Part shown: positions 54,489-64,000 of the stretch, one piece after another
Layout: the number at the start of each line of letters is the position of its first letter
Numbering within the stretch: position 1 is the stretch's first letter
Assembly: GCF_003790525.1 (NCBI RefSeq)
Contig: NZ_CP033635.1
DNA: 64,000 nucleotides
Source of the DNA: Escherichia coli
Lineage (GTDB): Bacteria > Pseudomonadota > Gammaproteobacteria > Enterobacterales > Enterobacteriaceae
Reading direction: 5' to 3' (one strand)
Position numbers and translations under genes: made by a program
Notes under the pieces: generated by a model
The model's input: only the letters and a program-made list of their open reading frames with translations
Told to the model about the DNA's origin: nothing
Databases searched by the model: none

Positions 54489-56048
54489 ATGAAAGTTAAA
54501 TATAAAGTTTTCAGTAATCTTTATCAGGACTCAGTTTCTCTGATGCAGATTTCCGCGCAAATCAGCAAGTTGCCCGGTATTCAACAGGCCTCGGTCGTCA
54601 TGGGAACACCCAATAATCTCGAGCAATTGAGCGATGCGGGTCTGGGTAACGAAATCAACGCCAGTCCCAATGATTTAGTGATTGCAGTCATGGGTGAAGA
54701 AGATATTTGCAATGAAGCACTGGTACTGGCCCAGCAACGTCTGACCAGCAAACCCGATGATGAAACGGATAGTGGCATTAAAACACCGGAAAAGGTCAGC
54801 CTGGAAATGGCACTGGAAGCCGAGCCCGAAGCCAACCTGGCACTCATTTCTGTACCGGGAGACTACGCCGCCGCCGAAGCAATTAAAGCGTTAAACCTCG
54901 GAATGAACGTGATGATGTTCAGCGATAACGTCAGTATCGTGCAGGAAAAATCCATCAAAACGCTTGCCCGAGAACGTCAGCGCATCGTAATGGGACCTGA
55001 CTGTGGAACCGCCATTGTTAACGGCATTCCGTTAGGCTTCGCTAATGTGGTGAAACGCGGAGCAATTGGTGTTATTGGCGCGTCAGGCACCGGGCTACAG
55101 GAAGTGACTTGCCGAATCGACCAGCTCGGAGCGGGTATTTCTCAGGCGTTGGGAACAGGCGGACATGATCTCAGTGAAGAGATTGGTGGAATATCGATGC
55201 TCTTCGCTTTAGATGCGCTGGCGCAAGACGATGAAACTCGCGTGATTGTGCTTATTTCAAAACCGCCTTCACCGATCGTTGCCCGGACTATTCTGGAGCG
55301 TGCCGAGGCTTGTGGAAAACCCGTGGTGGTGAATTTCCTCGGTGCGAATCCGCATGATCTGGCACGTCCCAATATCACCGCGGCCACCACACTTGCCAGC
55401 GCCGCAAATATCGCCGTGGCGTTACTGAATGATCAACCACTTCCGACTATCGAGACCGAAATTTCCTGCGACGATCTCACAATGTTACAAAACGCCTGCC
55501 AGCGCCTGCCAGCCCATCGCCAGGCGATACGCGGTGTTTTCGCCGGAGGAACCTTCTGCTACGAAGCGCAACTTATCTGCCAACAAAAGGGATTCAGCGC
55601 AGCCTCCAATACGCCAGTTGCGGGTAATCGTGCTCTGGCAAATATCTGGCAAAGCGAAGATCACACGTTGATCGATATGGGCGACGATGATTTCACCCGT
55701 GGCAAACCGCATCCAATGATCGACCCGACTCTGCGCAATCAACGTCTGCTCAACGAACTCAACGACTCACACACTGCCGTCGTGTTATTCGACCTGGTAC
55801 TTGGTTATGGCGCTTCCACGACGCCTGCCAGCGAATTACTGGACCAACTTTCACACATCGACATGAATAACGCACCGTTGCTGATTGCGCACGTTTGCGG
55901 AACGGAAGCTGATCCGCAAATACGCAGTCAGCAGATAAGCGCACTACAAAATGCAGGGGTCATCATCGCCAGCAGCAATGCACAGGCGGCGTTATGGGCC
56001 AGCACCGTTGCACAGACTCAGTTGCAGAAAAAGGGGCTAAACGCATGA
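54489..56048 (+). CDS. FdrA/YahF-like protein (succinyl-CoA-synthetase-alpha-like, CoA-binding fold)
   Basis: 519-aa ORF with Gly-rich nucleotide/CoA-binding-like segments (VIGASGTGLQEV, GTGGHD). Confidence 0.7.
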   Translation: MKVKYKVFSNLYQDSVSLMQISAQISKLPGIQQASVVMGTPNNLEQLSDAGLGNEINASPNDLVIAVMGEEDICNEALVLAQQRLTSKPDDETDSGIKTPEKVSLEMALEAEPEANLALISVPGDYAAAEAIKALNLGMNVMMFSDNVSIVQEKSIKTLARERQRIVMGPDCGTAIVNGIPLGFANVVKRGAIGVIGASGTGLQEVTCRIDQLGAGISQALGTGGHDLSEEIGGISMLFALDALAQDDETRVIVLISKPPSPIVARTILERAEACGKPVVVNFLGANPHDLARPNITAATTLASAANIAVALLNDQPLPTIETEISCDDLTMLQNACQRLPAHRQAIRGVFAGGTFCYEAQLICQQKGFSAASNTPVAGNRALANIWQSEDHTLIDMGDDDFTRGKPHPMIDPTLRNQRLLNELNDSHTAVVLFDLVLGYGASTTPASELLDQLSHIDMNNAPLLIAHVCGTEADPQIRSQQISALQNAGVIIASSNAQAALWASTVAQTQLQKKGLNA

Positions 56049-57469
56049 ATACCTTATTTAATCAGCCTTTGAAGGTTGTGAACGCGGGACTACACAGTTT
56101 TGCTGACAATATTCAACATGCCGGGGGAAGCGCAATTGCACTCAACTGGCAGCCACCAGCACAAGGCGATATTGACGCTGGATTGGATCTGGCATCGTTG
56201 CTACGTCATCCCCTGGTAGAAAATGCCAACCAAATCGCCATGACACGTTATCTCGAAGCACAGCCCGTGCTGGTGGATGTCATGCTCGCTAAAGAGGCCA
56301 TTCCAGAAATGGCTGAACAAAAACGTATTTTGCACTCTGGCCCGCCGATTGCCTGGGAAGAGATGTGTGGTCCGGTAAAAGGGGCGATTATTGGTGCCAT
56401 GCTGTACGAAGGTTGGGCCACCAGCCAGCAAGACGCTGAAAACCAAATAAACGCAGGCGAAATCGACCTTGCCCCTTGTCATCATTATCACGCGGTTGGC
56501 CCAATGGCAGGCATCATCAGCCCGTCGATGCCGTTATGGGTGGTAGAAAACAAAACCAACGGCCACCGTACTTTTAGCAATTTCAATGAAGGTCTGGGTA
56601 AGGTTCTCCGTTTTGGCGCCAATAACGATGAAGTTCTCAATCGTCTGGCCTGGATGCGCGATGAACTGGCGCCGGCAATGAAAGCAGCAATCGCACAACA
56701 CGGCGAGCTGGAACTCAAGCCATTAATGGCGCAGGCGCTGCATATGGGGGATGAAGTTCATAACCGCAATGCTGCCGCTACCGGTTTGCTGATTAAGCGC
56801 CTGCTCCCGGCATTGCTGGCCTGCTCTCTTCCACAGGAACATATCCAGCGCGTCGTGGCATTTATCACCGGTAACGATCACTTCTTCCTCAATCTTTCGA
56901 TGGCCGCCTGTAAAGCAATGATGGATGCCGCCGCCAATGTACCGTTCAGTTCAATGGTTACGGTGATGGCGCGTAACGGGGTGAATTTTGGTATTCGGCT
57001 TTCCGGTACTGGCGATCGCTGGTTCCAGGCTCCTGCCAATGCCGTTGAAGGTCTGTTCTTCCCCGGATTTGGCGTCGACGATGCCGCTGCTGACCTGGGT
57101 GATAGCGCAATTACTGAAACCGCAGGTGTGGGTGGCTTCGCGATGGCGTCGTCTCCGGCGATCGTCAAATTTGTGGGAGGCACCCCTGCCGATGCCACCA
57201 ATAACAGCCGTCGGATGCAAGCCGTCACCCTCGGCGGTAACCCCGCATTTACACTTCCAGCCCTCAATTTTGCCCCCACCGCAGCAGGGATTGATGCGCG
57301 TAAAGTGACCGATCGCGGCATTTTACCGGTCATCAATACGGGTATCGCCCACAAACAAGCGGGGGTCGGGCAAATTGGTGCCGGGATCACCACTGCGCCG
57401 ATGGCCTGTTTTGTCGCCGCTGTACGTGCACTGGCGGAGATCGTCGCAAAGGAGAACCATCATGGTTAA
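56045..57469 (+). CDS. DUF1116-family protein (YahG/YlbE-like)
   Basis: Start at ATG 56045 overlapping the FdrA-like stop (ATGA); aagggg RBS 8 nt upstream; 474 aa. Confidence 0.65.
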   Translation: MNTLFNQPLKVVNAGLHSFADNIQHAGGSAIALNWQPPAQGDIDAGLDLASLLRHPLVENANQIAMTRYLEAQPVLVDVMLAKEAIPEMAEQKRILHSGPPIAWEEMCGPVKGAIIGAMLYEGWATSQQDAENQINAGEIDLAPCHHYHAVGPMAGIISPSMPLWVVENKTNGHRTFSNFNEGLGKVLRFGANNDEVLNRLAWMRDELAPAMKAAIAQHGELELKPLMAQALHMGDEVHNRNAAATGLLIKRLLPALLACSLPQEHIQRVVAFITGNDHFFLNLSMAACKAMMDAAANVPFSSMVTVMARNGVNFGIRLSGTGDRWFQAPANAVEGLFFPGFGVDDAAADLGDSAITETAGVGGFAMASSPAIVKFVGGTPADATNNSRRMQAVTLGGNPAFTLPALNFAPTAAGIDARKVTDRGILPVINTGIAHKQAGVGQIGAGITTAPMACFVAAVRALAEIVAKENHHG

Positions 57470-58418
57470 GCCACTGGCTGTCGTCGCGGTTGGCGGCAAT
57501 GCGCTCATTCAGGACGAGCAACGCAATAGTATTCCCGATCAATATGTTGCAGTGATGGAAAGCGTGCAGCATATCGTTGATATGGTTGAAGCCGGATGGG
57601 ACCTGGTGCTAACCCACGGTAATGGCCCGCAGGTGGGCTTTATTCTGCGCCGCTCTGAACTCGCCAGTAACGAAGTTTCTCCGGTTCCACTTGATTACGC
57701 CGTGGGTGATACACAAGGTGCAATTGGCTACATGTTCCAGAAAGCACTGCATAACGAATTGGCTCGCCGTGGCATAAACAAACCGGTAATTGCCCTGGTG
57801 ACACAAACGCGAGTCAGCCCACATGACGATGCTTTCGCCAGCCCCAGTAAACCAATTGGCGCGTTTCTCGATGAAGCAACGGCCCAACAACGCCAACAAC
57901 AACTCGGCTGGACGCTGATGGAGGACGCCGGGCGTGGTTGGCGGCGTACAGTTCCCTCTCCTGCCCCACTGGAAGTTATTGAGCACGACACCATCGCTCA
58001 CCTGGTGCGCCAGGGATATCTGGTTATTGCCTGCGGCGGCGGCGGTATTCCGGTGGTGCGAGACGGACAACAACTGAAAGGTGTAGAAGCCGTGATCGAT
58101 AAAGATCTGGCCTCCGCGCTGCTCGCCAGTCAGTTAGGCGCAGATCTGCTGGTGATCCCCACCGGTGTAGAAAAAGTGGCGATTAACTTTGGTACACCAC
58201 AACAACAGTGGCTCGACGCTATCAGCGTTGCCGAAGCGCAAACGCTGTTGCGGGAAGGTCAGTTTGGTGTCGGCAGTATGCAACCCAAAGTGGAAGCCAT
58301 TGTTGATTTCATCAATGCCAGCCAGCAACAAGGCAAACAGGCCAGCGGCCTGATTACTTCACCGCAAACCATAAAAGCAGCCCTGGCGCATCAGAGCGGT
58401 ACATGGATAACCCTTTAA
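57462..58418 (+). CDS. Carbamate kinase
   Basis: Start at ATG 57462 (MVKPLAVVAVGGNALIQ...), aggag RBS; amino-acid-kinase-fold motifs (VLTHGNGPQVG, IACGGGGIPVV); 318 aa. Confidence 0.8.
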   Translation: MVKPLAVVAVGGNALIQDEQRNSIPDQYVAVMESVQHIVDMVEAGWDLVLTHGNGPQVGFILRRSELASNEVSPVPLDYAVGDTQGAIGYMFQKALHNELARRGINKPVIALVTQTRVSPHDDAFASPSKPIGAFLDEATAQQRQQQLGWTLMEDAGRGWRRTVPSPAPLEVIEHDTIAHLVRQGYLVIACGGGGIPVVRDGQQLKGVEAVIDKDLASALLASQLGADLLVIPTGVEKVAINFGTPQQQWLDAISVAEAQTLLREGQFGVGSMQPKVEAIVDFINASQQQGKQASGLITSPQTIKAALAHQSGTWITL

Positions 58419-58434
58419 TTCTCTGGAGAACACA

Positions 58435-58824
58435 ATGACTACAACGCTTTTAGCCGTTAACGGAACGCTGATGCGCGGCCTGGAACTCAACCCAAATATG
58501 CAAAAAGCGGGCGGTATTTTTGTCCGTGAAGACCGAACTGACGCCCATTACCGGTTGTGGAGTATTAATGATCGCCATCCGGGAATGATTCGCGTGAATG
58601 AAGGAGGAACACACGTCGACGTAGAAATTTGGCAATTACCGCTGGCCAGTTTTGCCGCTCTGTTAATGAGCGAACCCGCTGGGCTGGCAATTGGCAAAAT
58701 CAAACTTGCCGATGGTAGCGAAGTGCTGGGCGTACTGGCAGAAAACTGGCTGACCGAAGGCCAACGGGAAATTACAGAACTGGGTAGCTGGCGCAAATAC
58801 ACCGGGCATTTTCATACTGTGTAA
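58435..58824 (+). CDS. AIG2 / gamma-glutamylcyclotransferase-like small protein
   Basis: 129-aa ORF; N-terminal LLAVNGTLMRG resembles the GGCT/AIG2 fold; ggag RBS. Confidence 0.55.
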   Translation: MTTTLLAVNGTLMRGLELNPNMQKAGGIFVREDRTDAHYRLWSINDRHPGMIRVNEGGTHVDVEIWQLPLASFAALLMSEPAGLAIGKIKLADGSEVLGVLAENWLTEGQREITELGSWRKYTGHFHTV

Positions 58825-58849
58825 CGCGCATTTATAAAGGGAACATACT

Positions 58850-60073
58850 ATGCGTAAAAAAGAAGAGAATCTGAATACGGCATCAGGATTGCGTATTGCC
58901 ATGATTTTGCTGGGTATTGCCGTCACACCTGTGCTGTTGTCATCCTCAAGCCTCGGCAATCAACTTTCCAGCGGCAGTTTAATTAGCGTCGTATTGTTAG
59001 GCGGCGTCATTCTGACCTTACTTTCAGCCATCACCATTAGCGTGGGAGAAAAAGCCCGCCTACCAACGTATGGCATTGTGAAATATTCGTTTGGCGAAAA
59101 AGGGGCCATCGCCATTAACATTTTGATGGCGATAAGTCTGTTCGGCTGGATTGCCGTTACCGCCAATATGTTTGGTCATTCGGTACATGACTTACTGGCT
59201 CAACATGGACTGGAAGTTCCACTGGCACTGTTAGTGGCGGCTGGCTGTGTCATTTTTGTCGCCTCTACGGCATTTGGCTTTGCCGTTCTGGGAAAAATTG
59301 CCCAGGTTGCCGTGCCGGTTATCGCGCTGGTGCTGTGTTACATCCTCTATGTGGCAACCCATACCGAAGTGGCAGTACCAGCGGCGATTGTGGAGATGAA
59401 TACAGGTGTCGCCGTTTCCACCGTTGTTGGCACCATTATTGTGCTGGTTGCCACACTGCCTGATTTCGGTAGTTTTGTGCATAACCGCAAACATGCGCTG
59501 ATTGCCGCAGGCGTGACGTTTCTGGTTGCCTACCCTCTGCTCTACTGGGCGGGTGCAACGCCGAGCGCCATTAGTGGTCAGGGATCTTTACTGGGTGCGA
59601 TGGCGGTATTCGGTGCGGTTCTGCCTGCGGCGCTGTTGTTGATTTTCGCCTGCGTCACCGGTAACGCGGGCAATATGTTCCAGGGCACGCTGGTGGTTTC
59701 CACACTGCTTACCCGCTTTCCCAAATGGCAGATTACCGTGGCGCTGGGTATCCTTTCCGCCATCGTAGGCAGTATGGATATTATGGCGTGGTTTATTCCG
59801 TTTCTGCTGTTCCTGGGTATCGCCACGCCACCCGTTGCCGGAATTTATATCGCTGACTTTTTCTTTTATCGCCGTAATGGCTATCAAGAGTCAGTGTTAG
59901 CCCAGGAGTCACAGATTAAAGTGCTGACATTCGCAGCATGGATCATAGGCGCAGCGGTTGGCTTTATGACCGTAAAAGGCTTATTCACCCTGACGACGAT
60001 CCCTTCGGTAGACTCGATTCTGGTGGCATGTATCGCTTATGCGATTCTCAGTCGGGCAAGTCAACACCGCTAA
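58850..60073 (+). CDS. NCS1-family nucleobase:cation symporter (cytosine/hydantoin/allantoin permease-like)
   Basis: 407-aa ORF with about 12 hydrophobic segments; resembles CodB-type permeases. Confidence 0.7.
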   Translation: MRKKEENLNTASGLRIAMILLGIAVTPVLLSSSSLGNQLSSGSLISVVLLGGVILTLLSAITISVGEKARLPTYGIVKYSFGEKGAIAINILMAISLFGWIAVTANMFGHSVHDLLAQHGLEVPLALLVAAGCVIFVASTAFGFAVLGKIAQVAVPVIALVLCYILYVATHTEVAVPAAIVEMNTGVAVSTVVGTIIVLVATLPDFGSFVHNRKHALIAAGVTFLVAYPLLYWAGATPSAISGQGSLLGAMAVFGAVLPAALLLIFACVTGNAGNMFQGTLVVSTLLTRFPKWQITVALGILSAIVGSMDIMAWFIPFLLFLGIATPPVAGIYIADFFFYRRNGYQESVLAQESQIKVLTFAAWIIGAAVGFMTVKGLFTLTTIPSVDSILVACIAYAILSRASQHR

Positions 60074-60150
60074 TTCCTGGGTATACTCAGGCAATGATTA
60101 CGGCTGAATCTGGAGAGATTCAGCCACTTTACCACTGACCAGGAAGCCTT

Positions 60151-61047
60151 ATGTTCATCTCAGACGAAACGCTTCGTGTTATTCATCTGGTCGCCAGACA
60201 CCAGAGCATTACCACCGCAGCCGAGCAGTTAAATAAAGTCCCTTCCGCCATCAGTTACACCATCAAGAAAGCGGAAGAGAGCCTGGGCGTTGAACTGTTC
60301 ATTCGTAAGGGACGCTATATTGAATTATCGCCAGCGGGAAGTTACTTCATCGAACATAGCAAAACTATTCTTGGCGACCTGGAAGCATTAAAGCGCAACA
60401 CAGTGCTGATTCACGATGGTATTGAGCGTGAACTGACAATTGCGGTAAACAATATTATTCCTGGTGATTTGCTGGTGGCATTTATTCGAGATTTTGAACG
60501 GCAATTCACATCAACAACACTGACGGTAGATCTTGAGGTATACAACGGCTGCTGGGATGCGCTGTACAGTAAGCGTGCCGATCTGGTCTACGGTGCTCCT
60601 CATGCAGTGCCAAGCAGTGAAGGCATCATTAGCGAACCGGTCGGACAAATGGAATGGGATTTTGTCGTCAGCCCACTCCACCCACTGGCAGCGAAGCGGC
60701 ATCCATTAGAAAACAGTGAATTGCGTCATTATCCAGCGGTTTGTATCCGCGATACCTCCGTTAACTTCCCCCCGATGCAAGCCTGGTTGTTGGAAGGACA
60801 AAAACCCATTTTTGTTCCTGACTTCGCTACGGCAATCGCCTTAATAGAACAAAACGTCGGTATTGGTTATATTCCACATCATCTGGCATTGCCGTTATTG
60901 AACAGCGGTAAATTGCTTAAAAAGCCAATGCGCGAACATAAACACGCCACCAAGTTATTTCTTGCCGCTCGTTCCGATGGTATGGGCAAAGCCTGTCAGT
61001 GGTGCATAGAATATTTAAGAAATCCGCAATTAATTTTCTGTTCCTGA
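60151..61047 (+). CDS. LysR-family transcriptional regulator
   Basis: 298-aa ORF with N-terminal LysR HTH (LVARHQSITTAAEQLNKVPSAISYTIKKAEESLGVELFIR) and substrate-binding domain. Confidence 0.8.
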   Translation: MFISDETLRVIHLVARHQSITTAAEQLNKVPSAISYTIKKAEESLGVELFIRKGRYIELSPAGSYFIEHSKTILGDLEALKRNTVLIHDGIERELTIAVNNIIPGDLLVAFIRDFERQFTSTTLTVDLEVYNGCWDALYSKRADLVYGAPHAVPSSEGIISEPVGQMEWDFVVSPLHPLAAKRHPLENSELRHYPAVCIRDTSVNFPPMQAWLLEGQKPIFVPDFATAIALIEQNVGIGYIPHHLALPLLNSGKLLKKPMREHKHATKLFLAARSDGMGKACQWCIEYLRNPQLIFCS

Positions 61048-61079
61048 AGATCCACATCATACCTGGCATACATAGCAAA

Positions 61080-61105
61080 ATGGCTTCCGGTGTTGGAAGC
61101 CATTA
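61080..61105. terminator. Bidirectional terminator between the LysR gene and metE
   Basis: Hairpin aatggcttccggtgttggaagccatt. Confidence 0.6.
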
Positions 61106-61140
61106 TTGTGCTGCAATTTACAATGACTCGTTAATACTCA

Positions 61141-63402
61141 TCATCCCCGACGCAAATTCTGCGCCGCCTGCACCATGTTCGCCAGTGCCGCGCGGGTTTC
61201 TGGCCAGCCGCGCGTTTTCAGGCCACAGTCCGGGTTGACCCACAGACGCTCTGCCGGAATGCGTTTTGCCGCTTTCTTCAGCAAGGCTTCAATCCATTCC
61301 ACGCTCGGTACGTTTGGCGAGTGAATGTCATAGACGCCAGGACCGATTTCATTTGGATAATCAAACTCTTCGAACGACTCCAGCAACTCCATGTCGGAAC
61401 GCGAGGTTTCGATGGTGATGACGTCTGCGTCCAGCGCCGCAATCGAATCCATGATGTCGTTGAACTCGCAGTAACACATGTGAGTGTGGATTTGTGTGTC
61501 ATCTTTCGCCACAGCGGCGTTGATACGGAAAGCCTCCACGCCCCACTGGAGATAGGCATCCCAGTCGCTGCGACGCAGTGGTAAACCTTCGCGCAATGCC
61601 GGTTCGTCAATCTGAATGATGCCAATTCCAGCGGCTTCCAGGTCCGCGACTTCATCACGCAGCGCCAGCGCAATTTGTTTGGCGATGGTTTCACGGCTGA
61701 CATCTTCACGCGGGAACGACCAGCAGAGAATAGTCACCGGGCCGGTCAACATCCCTTTCACCGGTTTATCAGTCAGGGATTGCGCATATTTTGCCCACTC
61801 CACGGTAATCGGTGCCGGGCGGCTAACGTCACCAATAACAATCGGTGGCTTCACGCAGCGGGAACCGTAGCTCTGTACCCAACCGTTTTGCGTAAAGACA
61901 AAGCCATCCAGATGCTCGCCAAAGTATTCCACCATGTCATTACGCTCGGCCTCGCCATGTACCAGCACATCCAGTCCCAAACGTTCCTGCTCAACAATGG
62001 CCTGCTTGATATGTTCCGCAATGCCTGTGCGGTAGTTGTTGGCGTCGAGATTACCCTTTTTGAAATCCAGACGCAGGGTACGAATCTCCGTGGTTTGCGG
62101 GAAAGAACCAATCGTGGTGGTCGGCCATGCTGGGAGTTTAAAACGCGCACGCTGGGCTTCAGCACGCACTTCATAGACATTCGCACGCTGACTGTCCTGA
62201 GCGGTGATCGCCGCCAGACGCTTTTCTACTGCCGGATTATGTACACGAGTAGAGTGACGACGCGCCTGAATCGGAGCGCTCCACGCTGCCAGAGCTGCCG
62301 TATCACCACTGTTCAACGCATCGCGCAGCAATGCCAGTTCATGACATTTTTGCAGGGCGAAGGCAAACCAGCTTTTCACTTCTGCATCAAGACGTGTTTC
62401 CACACTCAGGTCAATGGGACTGTGCAGCAGTGAGCAGGAAGATGCCACCCACAAATCACGTTTGCCGACAATGTCCTTAATTTGCGCATATTTCTCGGTA
62501 AGATCGGCGCGCCAGACGTTACGACCATTGATAAGACCCGCAGACAGCAGCCAGTCAGAAGGCAGACGCTTGTGCAGTTCAGCAACGTCATCTTTACCAT
62601 GTACAAGATCGACATGCAGACCCTGAACAGGCAGCGCAGTAATCGTGTCGAGATTTGGTGTTACGCCTTCAAAATAGGTGGTCAGCAGCAGTTTCACCTG
62701 TCCCTGGAGCGCGTCGTAAGCGGGTTTGTATGCGTCCAGCCACGCCTGCGGCAGTTCCAGTACCAGCGCGGGTTCATCAATCTGTACCCACTCGATGCCG
62801 CGTTTCGCCAGTTCTGCCAGCACTTGCTGATAAACCGGCAGAATGTCGTTCAGCAGGCTCAGGCGATCAAACTGTTCACCTTTCACTTTACCCAGCCACA
62901 GGTAGGTAACTGGCCCCAGCAGCACAGGTTTCACCTTGTGGCCCAGCGCCAGCGCCTCGTCCACTTCCTCCAGCAGCTGCGTCCAGGTCAGTTTGAACTG
63001 TTGGCCTTTAACGAACTCCGGCACCATGTAGTGATAGTTGGTGTTAAACCATTTGGTCATTTCCGCTGCCGCCGCAGGTTCGCCAGTCGGTGCACGTCCA
63101 CGACCAATACGGAACAGGGTGTCGATATCTACCGAACCATCGTTGTTCTGGTGACGCGCCGGAACATTACCCAGCAGCAGACTGGTGGTCAGTACATGAT
63201 CGTACCAGGCAAAATCGCCCACCGGCAGCAGGTCGATACCCGCTTGCTTTTGTTGCTCCCAGTGACGAGCACGTAATTCACGCCCTACCGCCAGCAGTTC
63301 TTCACGCGTGGAGTTCCCCGCCCAATAACTCTCTTGCGCTTTTTTCAGCTCGCGACGCAGGCCAACGCGAGGGAAACCGAGGGTGTGATTAAGAATTGTC
63401 AT
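61141..63402 (-). CDS. metE: Cobalamin-independent methionine synthase
   Basis: 753-aa [33 protein letters not shown]... Confidence 0.96.
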   Translation of the reverse strand: MTILNHTLGFPRVGLRRELKKAQESYWAGNSTREELLAVGRELRARHWEQQKQAGIDLLPVGDFAWYDHVLTTSLLLGNVPARHQNNDGSVDIDTLFRIGRGRAPTGEPAAAAEMTKWFNTNYHYMVPEFVKGQQFKLTWTQLLEEVDEALALGHKVKPVLLGPVTYLWLGKVKGEQFDRLSLLNDILPVYQQVLAELAKRGIEWVQIDEPALVLELPQAWLDAYKPAYDALQGQVKLLLTTYFEGVTPNLDTITALPVQGLHVDLVHGKDDVAELHKRLPSDWLLSAGLINGRNVWRADLTEKYAQIKDIVGKRDLWVASSCSLLHSPIDLSVETRLDAEVKSWFAFALQKCHELALLRDALNSGDTAALAAWSAPIQARRHSTRVHNPAVEKRLAAITAQDSQRANVYEVRAEAQRARFKLPAWPTTTIGSFPQTTEIRTLRLDFKKGNLDANNYRTGIAEHIKQAIVEQERLGLDVLVHGEAERNDMVEYFGEHLDGFVFTQNGWVQSYGSRCVKPPIVIGDVSRPAPITVEWAKYAQSLTDKPVKGMLTGPVTILCWSFPREDVSRETIAKQIALALRDEVADLEAAGIGIIQIDEPALREGLPLRRSDWDAYLQWGVEAFRINAAVAKDDTQIHTHMCYCEFNDIMDSIAALDADVITIETSRSDMELLESFEEFDYPNEIGPGVYDIHSPNVPSVEWIEALLKKAAKRIPAERLWVNPDCGLKTRGWPETRAALANMVQAAQNLRRG

Positions 63403-63519
63403 TATATGCCCCTTATGGAATTTTTAGTATTTAGCCGTCCAGATGTTTACACATCCATAATTGGCGGTTACTGTATATTCCTCAAGCGCAAATTATTCAT
63501 GCCGAAGTGAAGGACTTTC
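63403..63519. promoter_or_regulatory. Divergent metE / metR promoter region
   Basis: Intergenic region between divergent metE and metR; MetR/MetJ control expected from known biology. Individual boxes not confidently resolved by eye. Confidence 0.5.
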
Positions 63520-64000
63520 ATGATCGAAGTAAAACACCTGAAAACGCTACAAGCGTTGCGGAACTGCGGCTCACTCGCAGCCGCTGCGGCGACGTTGCAT
63601 CAAACGCAATCCGCCCTGTCTCACCAGTTTAGCGATCTGGAACAACGCCTTGGCTTCCGGCTATTTGTGCGTAAAAGCCAGCCGCTTCGCTTTACACCGC
63701 AGGGAGAAATCCTGTTGCAACTGGCAAATCAGGTGCTGCCGCAAATTAGCCAGGCACTGCAAGCCTGCAATGAACCGCAGCAGACGCGCCTGCGCATTGC
63801 CATAGAGTGCCATAGCTGTATTCAGTGGCTGACGCCCGCATTAGAAAATTTCCATAAGAACTGGCCGCAGGTGGAGATGGATTTTAAATCGGGCGTAACG
63901 TTTGATCCGCAGCCTGCGTTGCAACAGGGCGAGCTGGATCTGGTGATGACGTCCGATATTCTGCCGCGCAGTGGCCTGCATTATTCGCCGATGTTCGACT
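63520..64000 (+). CDS. metR: LysR-family regulator MetR, N-terminal part; gene continues past window end
   Basis: ATG at 63520; [54 protein letters not shown]... (HTH); divergent from metE. Confidence 0.9.

Noticed and set aside
55994-56044. Upstream in-frame Met for the DUF1116 gene
   Set aside because: Lies inside the FdrA-like coding region with no RBS; the ATG at 56045 has a proper Shine-Dalgarno and overlaps the upstream stop.
62482-63276. 264-aa plus-strand ORF (with 61675-62433)
   Set aside because: Antisense to metE; shadow ORFs.

Overview
This window reads as an Escherichia coli-type chromosomal segment in reverse orientation relative to the K-12 map around 86-87 min: yihN'-yihM-yihL-typA, glnALG, hemN, yihI, csrC, engB, spf, polA, yihG, yihF, dsbA, srkA, yihD, mobAB, a complete rrn operon (16S, tRNA-Ile, tRNA-Ala, 23S, 5S), hemG, trkH, yigZ, pepQ, fadBA, fre, ubiD, rfaH, tatABCD, ubiB/J/E, rmuC, udp, ysgA, metE and metR'. 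All gene calls come from reading the supplied six-frame translations against remembered protein families; no searches were run. Two blocks do not fit the K-12 gene order as I recall it and are the main candidates for something new. The first (about 45.1-50.8 kb, between rmuC and udp) encodes an IclR-type regulator, a DgoK-like kinase, a DgoA/Eda-like aldolase and a TctCBA tripartite tricarboxylate-type transporter. The second (about 52.6-61.1 kb, between ysgA and metE) encodes a cysteine-hydrolase (isochorismatase-fold) enzyme, a YahE/YahF/YahG-like trio, a carbamate kinase, a stand-alone AIG2-like protein, an NCS1 permease and a LysR regulator; I read it as a candidate ATP-yielding pathway for an imported ureido/carbamoyl compound. 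Neither block carries integrase or transposase genes. yihF is split by a single-base frameshift in a homopolymer run. No CRISPR array, prophage or recognisable defence system was seen.
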